Below are positions 61,702-64,000 of a DNA stretch of 64,000 nucleotides, one piece after another. Source of the DNA: Haliotis cracherodii (lineage: Eukaryota). The stretch is taken from contig NW_027266319.1 in assembly GCF_022045235.1 (NCBI RefSeq), positions 36,022,001 through 36,086,000 of the forward strand. Reading direction: 5' to 3'. A program made the translations under genes and the position numbers. The notes beneath the pieces are model-generated. The model was not told the origin of the DNA. It saw nothing but the letters and a program-made list of their open reading frames with translations, and searched no databases. Each line of letters begins with the position of its first letter. Positions within the stretch are counted from its first letter, which is position 1.

Positions 61702-64000
61702 GTAAGATTACAAACTGCTGCTTCTGCTGCTACAGGCCCCGGGTACATCCTGGGTACAGCGAGGGTACAGCGTTGGTACAGCGTTGGTACAGCGTTGGTA
61801 CAGCATGGGTACAAGATGCCCTTGGCCCCGTTCCTCAAAGCAATCTTAGCGCTAAGGTGATTGTAACTTCCATACTGCTTAAAGTAGAGACACTGAGTTT
61901 TGTCTTTATTTCATTCTATTTGCTCCTATGTTCAGTGATATCTTCTTGTTTTGATGTTCCTCTAAATCTGATGTAACTTTGTGGTCCTTTTTGCCACTGT
62001 GATGTAATGTTGGCATCCGAATGTCTTGAACTGTGGACAAATTAATCATGTTCATACACTGTAAATCATGAAATTTCATCAAATTCTCACAAATGCCCCC
62101 CCCCCCCCCCCCCCCTTCAGCCTAAAATGCACCTTGAAATTAGTGTAATAAAAACACTGTGATTATTTCGTATATTGAAACAATGTATTGCAATTGCCTT
62201 CATTAATTTAATCATTTTACACAGAACACGCAATGGGTACCAACCATAGTTACTTCATTTGTTCCCTAATGTTCCCTCTGATCGCAGCCAAGAGCTTAAG
62301 TGTTTGCGAACTACAGAGATATAACCCCATTGAACTCAATTCTTATTCTTTGTGAACATCGCTCATCAACCGAGGACCCAGATTTGATTCCCCACAAGGG
62401 TACAATGTGTTACGCCCATTTCTGGTGTCCCCCGCTGTGATACTGCTTGAATATTGCTACAAGCGGTGTAAAACAATACTCGCTCACTCTTTTGGAAACC
62501 TAATTCTTACAATTGTTCATCAATAGTTACTATATCATATTAGACTAAAAATTAATAGTCATTGTTCTCAGGCACCTTCTGCATCATCAAAAATGTGACT
62601 CAATATCAATGCGACTACCCCTAATCCCCAGTAGAATTATACATATCCTTATCTTAATCCAATCAAACAGCAAATAGCTGTAGAGTAGAGCACTTCCGTA
62701 AAAATAATAGTTAGTGTTTTCACACACAGTTTATATGTTTATTCTGTTGGCTGGTATTAAGGAAGTTCAAAGGCAATAAGATAATTGAACCAACAACAGT
62801 TCACTGGTTGGTATGTGTAGAAGGGAGATGACAACGCAAAGGCTGAGAAGTGTGATGAAGCCTATCTGTGCACATTGGGTTGTGTCGGCGTTTGGCGAAG
62901 AGTTGCTTGGGTGGCGTCTGTCTGGACTGCTGGTCAATGATGCCTAGTTTGACAGGCGTGGGTAGAACTCTTGACCCCAGCTGTAATATCTCTCTGGATG
63001 CCCATTGTGTAATTCCTATTCTTTGAATGACATTGATATATACTTGTTACAACTGCTGCTCAATAAAACATGTTTGTGTTTTTATTCAAGTTGGTATTTC
63101 CACTATTCAAAGAGTACAGTGAGGCCGTCTTATTATTGATAGTCATTTTGGAGACATTAATGCAAACAAAGACTACTCGCATTTTTCGCATTTAATTGAC
63201 ACTCGCATTAATTTCAAGATTTAGCGTACTTGGTTTGGTAGTATATGTTTTTCACCGTGTCTAAGTTTGATATAGTTTGGGTTGTATTTGATGTGTTTTA
63301 GTGTCTATCCCAGCATATAATGTGGAGGGATATTGTCATCATCTGGTCTGTCTCTCCGTCCGTTCATATTTCGTTTCCGGAGCATGACTTGAAAATCGTG
63401 AATTTTTTTTATTCAAACTTTGGTACATGTATTAACTAGGGGATGAAGTGGTGCTTTTTTCTATTGTGGGGGCTGGTGGGATTTGACATTTTCTGATGAC
63501 TCTTGTTTCTCAATGGATGAGTGAGAATGCCTGACTTGATTTGAGCCATCTGTTTCAAGACGGAATTGGTCTAAACCAAAATAACACATGTAATTATATT
63601 GTCTGTTTTCCTTTACCCAACTGGTCATAGAACTCATTCTTTGGAATGTCTGCCATCGTCACCTCATGTTTTGGTTCCTGGAAGAGAACTTTGAGAGATT
63701 TCAATGGATTTTGACCAATGTCTGTGGATTATAAATTATTAATTAGTTCCTAATGGAAAATAATAATCTGCCAGATCAATCAATATGAAGACAAATATCA
63801 CATGACCAGTCTGGTATATGAACACATATTGATTGACTTTCACACATGTTGATGTTTTAACACTTTTTTTTAGCCGTGAAGATCCCGGGTAGAATAGGTC
63901 TTCAGCAACCCGGCCATGTTTGCCGTAAAAGGCGACTATGCTTGTCGTAAGAGGCGACTATCAGGATTGGGTGGTCAGGCTCGCTGACTTGGTTGCCTCA

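Overview
Eukaryotic, intron-rich animal genomic DNA. The SINE/MITE content and gene set look molluscan, possibly gastropod; this is an inference. One N-gap lies at 5282-5453. Three spliced genes can be reconstructed by hand from GT-AG junctions and reading frame. (1) A secreted modular serine protease on + (about 2113-22711): signal peptide, 3xCUB, 2xEGF, 2xIg, then a trypsin-like domain with thrombin/MASP-like markers. (2) A complete 7-exon ANKRD16 on - (38377-27704). (3) FBH1/FBXO18 F-box DNA helicase on + (38609 to beyond 61701), head-to-head with ANKRD16 as in human. Introns hold at least four short interspersed retroelement families, several MITE families with clear TSDs, and a Penelope-like palindrome with degenerate hammerhead cores. 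The most striking feature is a recurring class of minisatellites whose repeat unit is a copy of an exon/intron junction of the host gene. Six junctions in ANKRD16 and FBH1 are amplified 4-34 times, giving long ladders of near-identical donor or acceptor sites. One ladder is in frame and rebuilds helicase motif IV at every rung. Most long ORFs in the supplied track are artefacts of these arrays.
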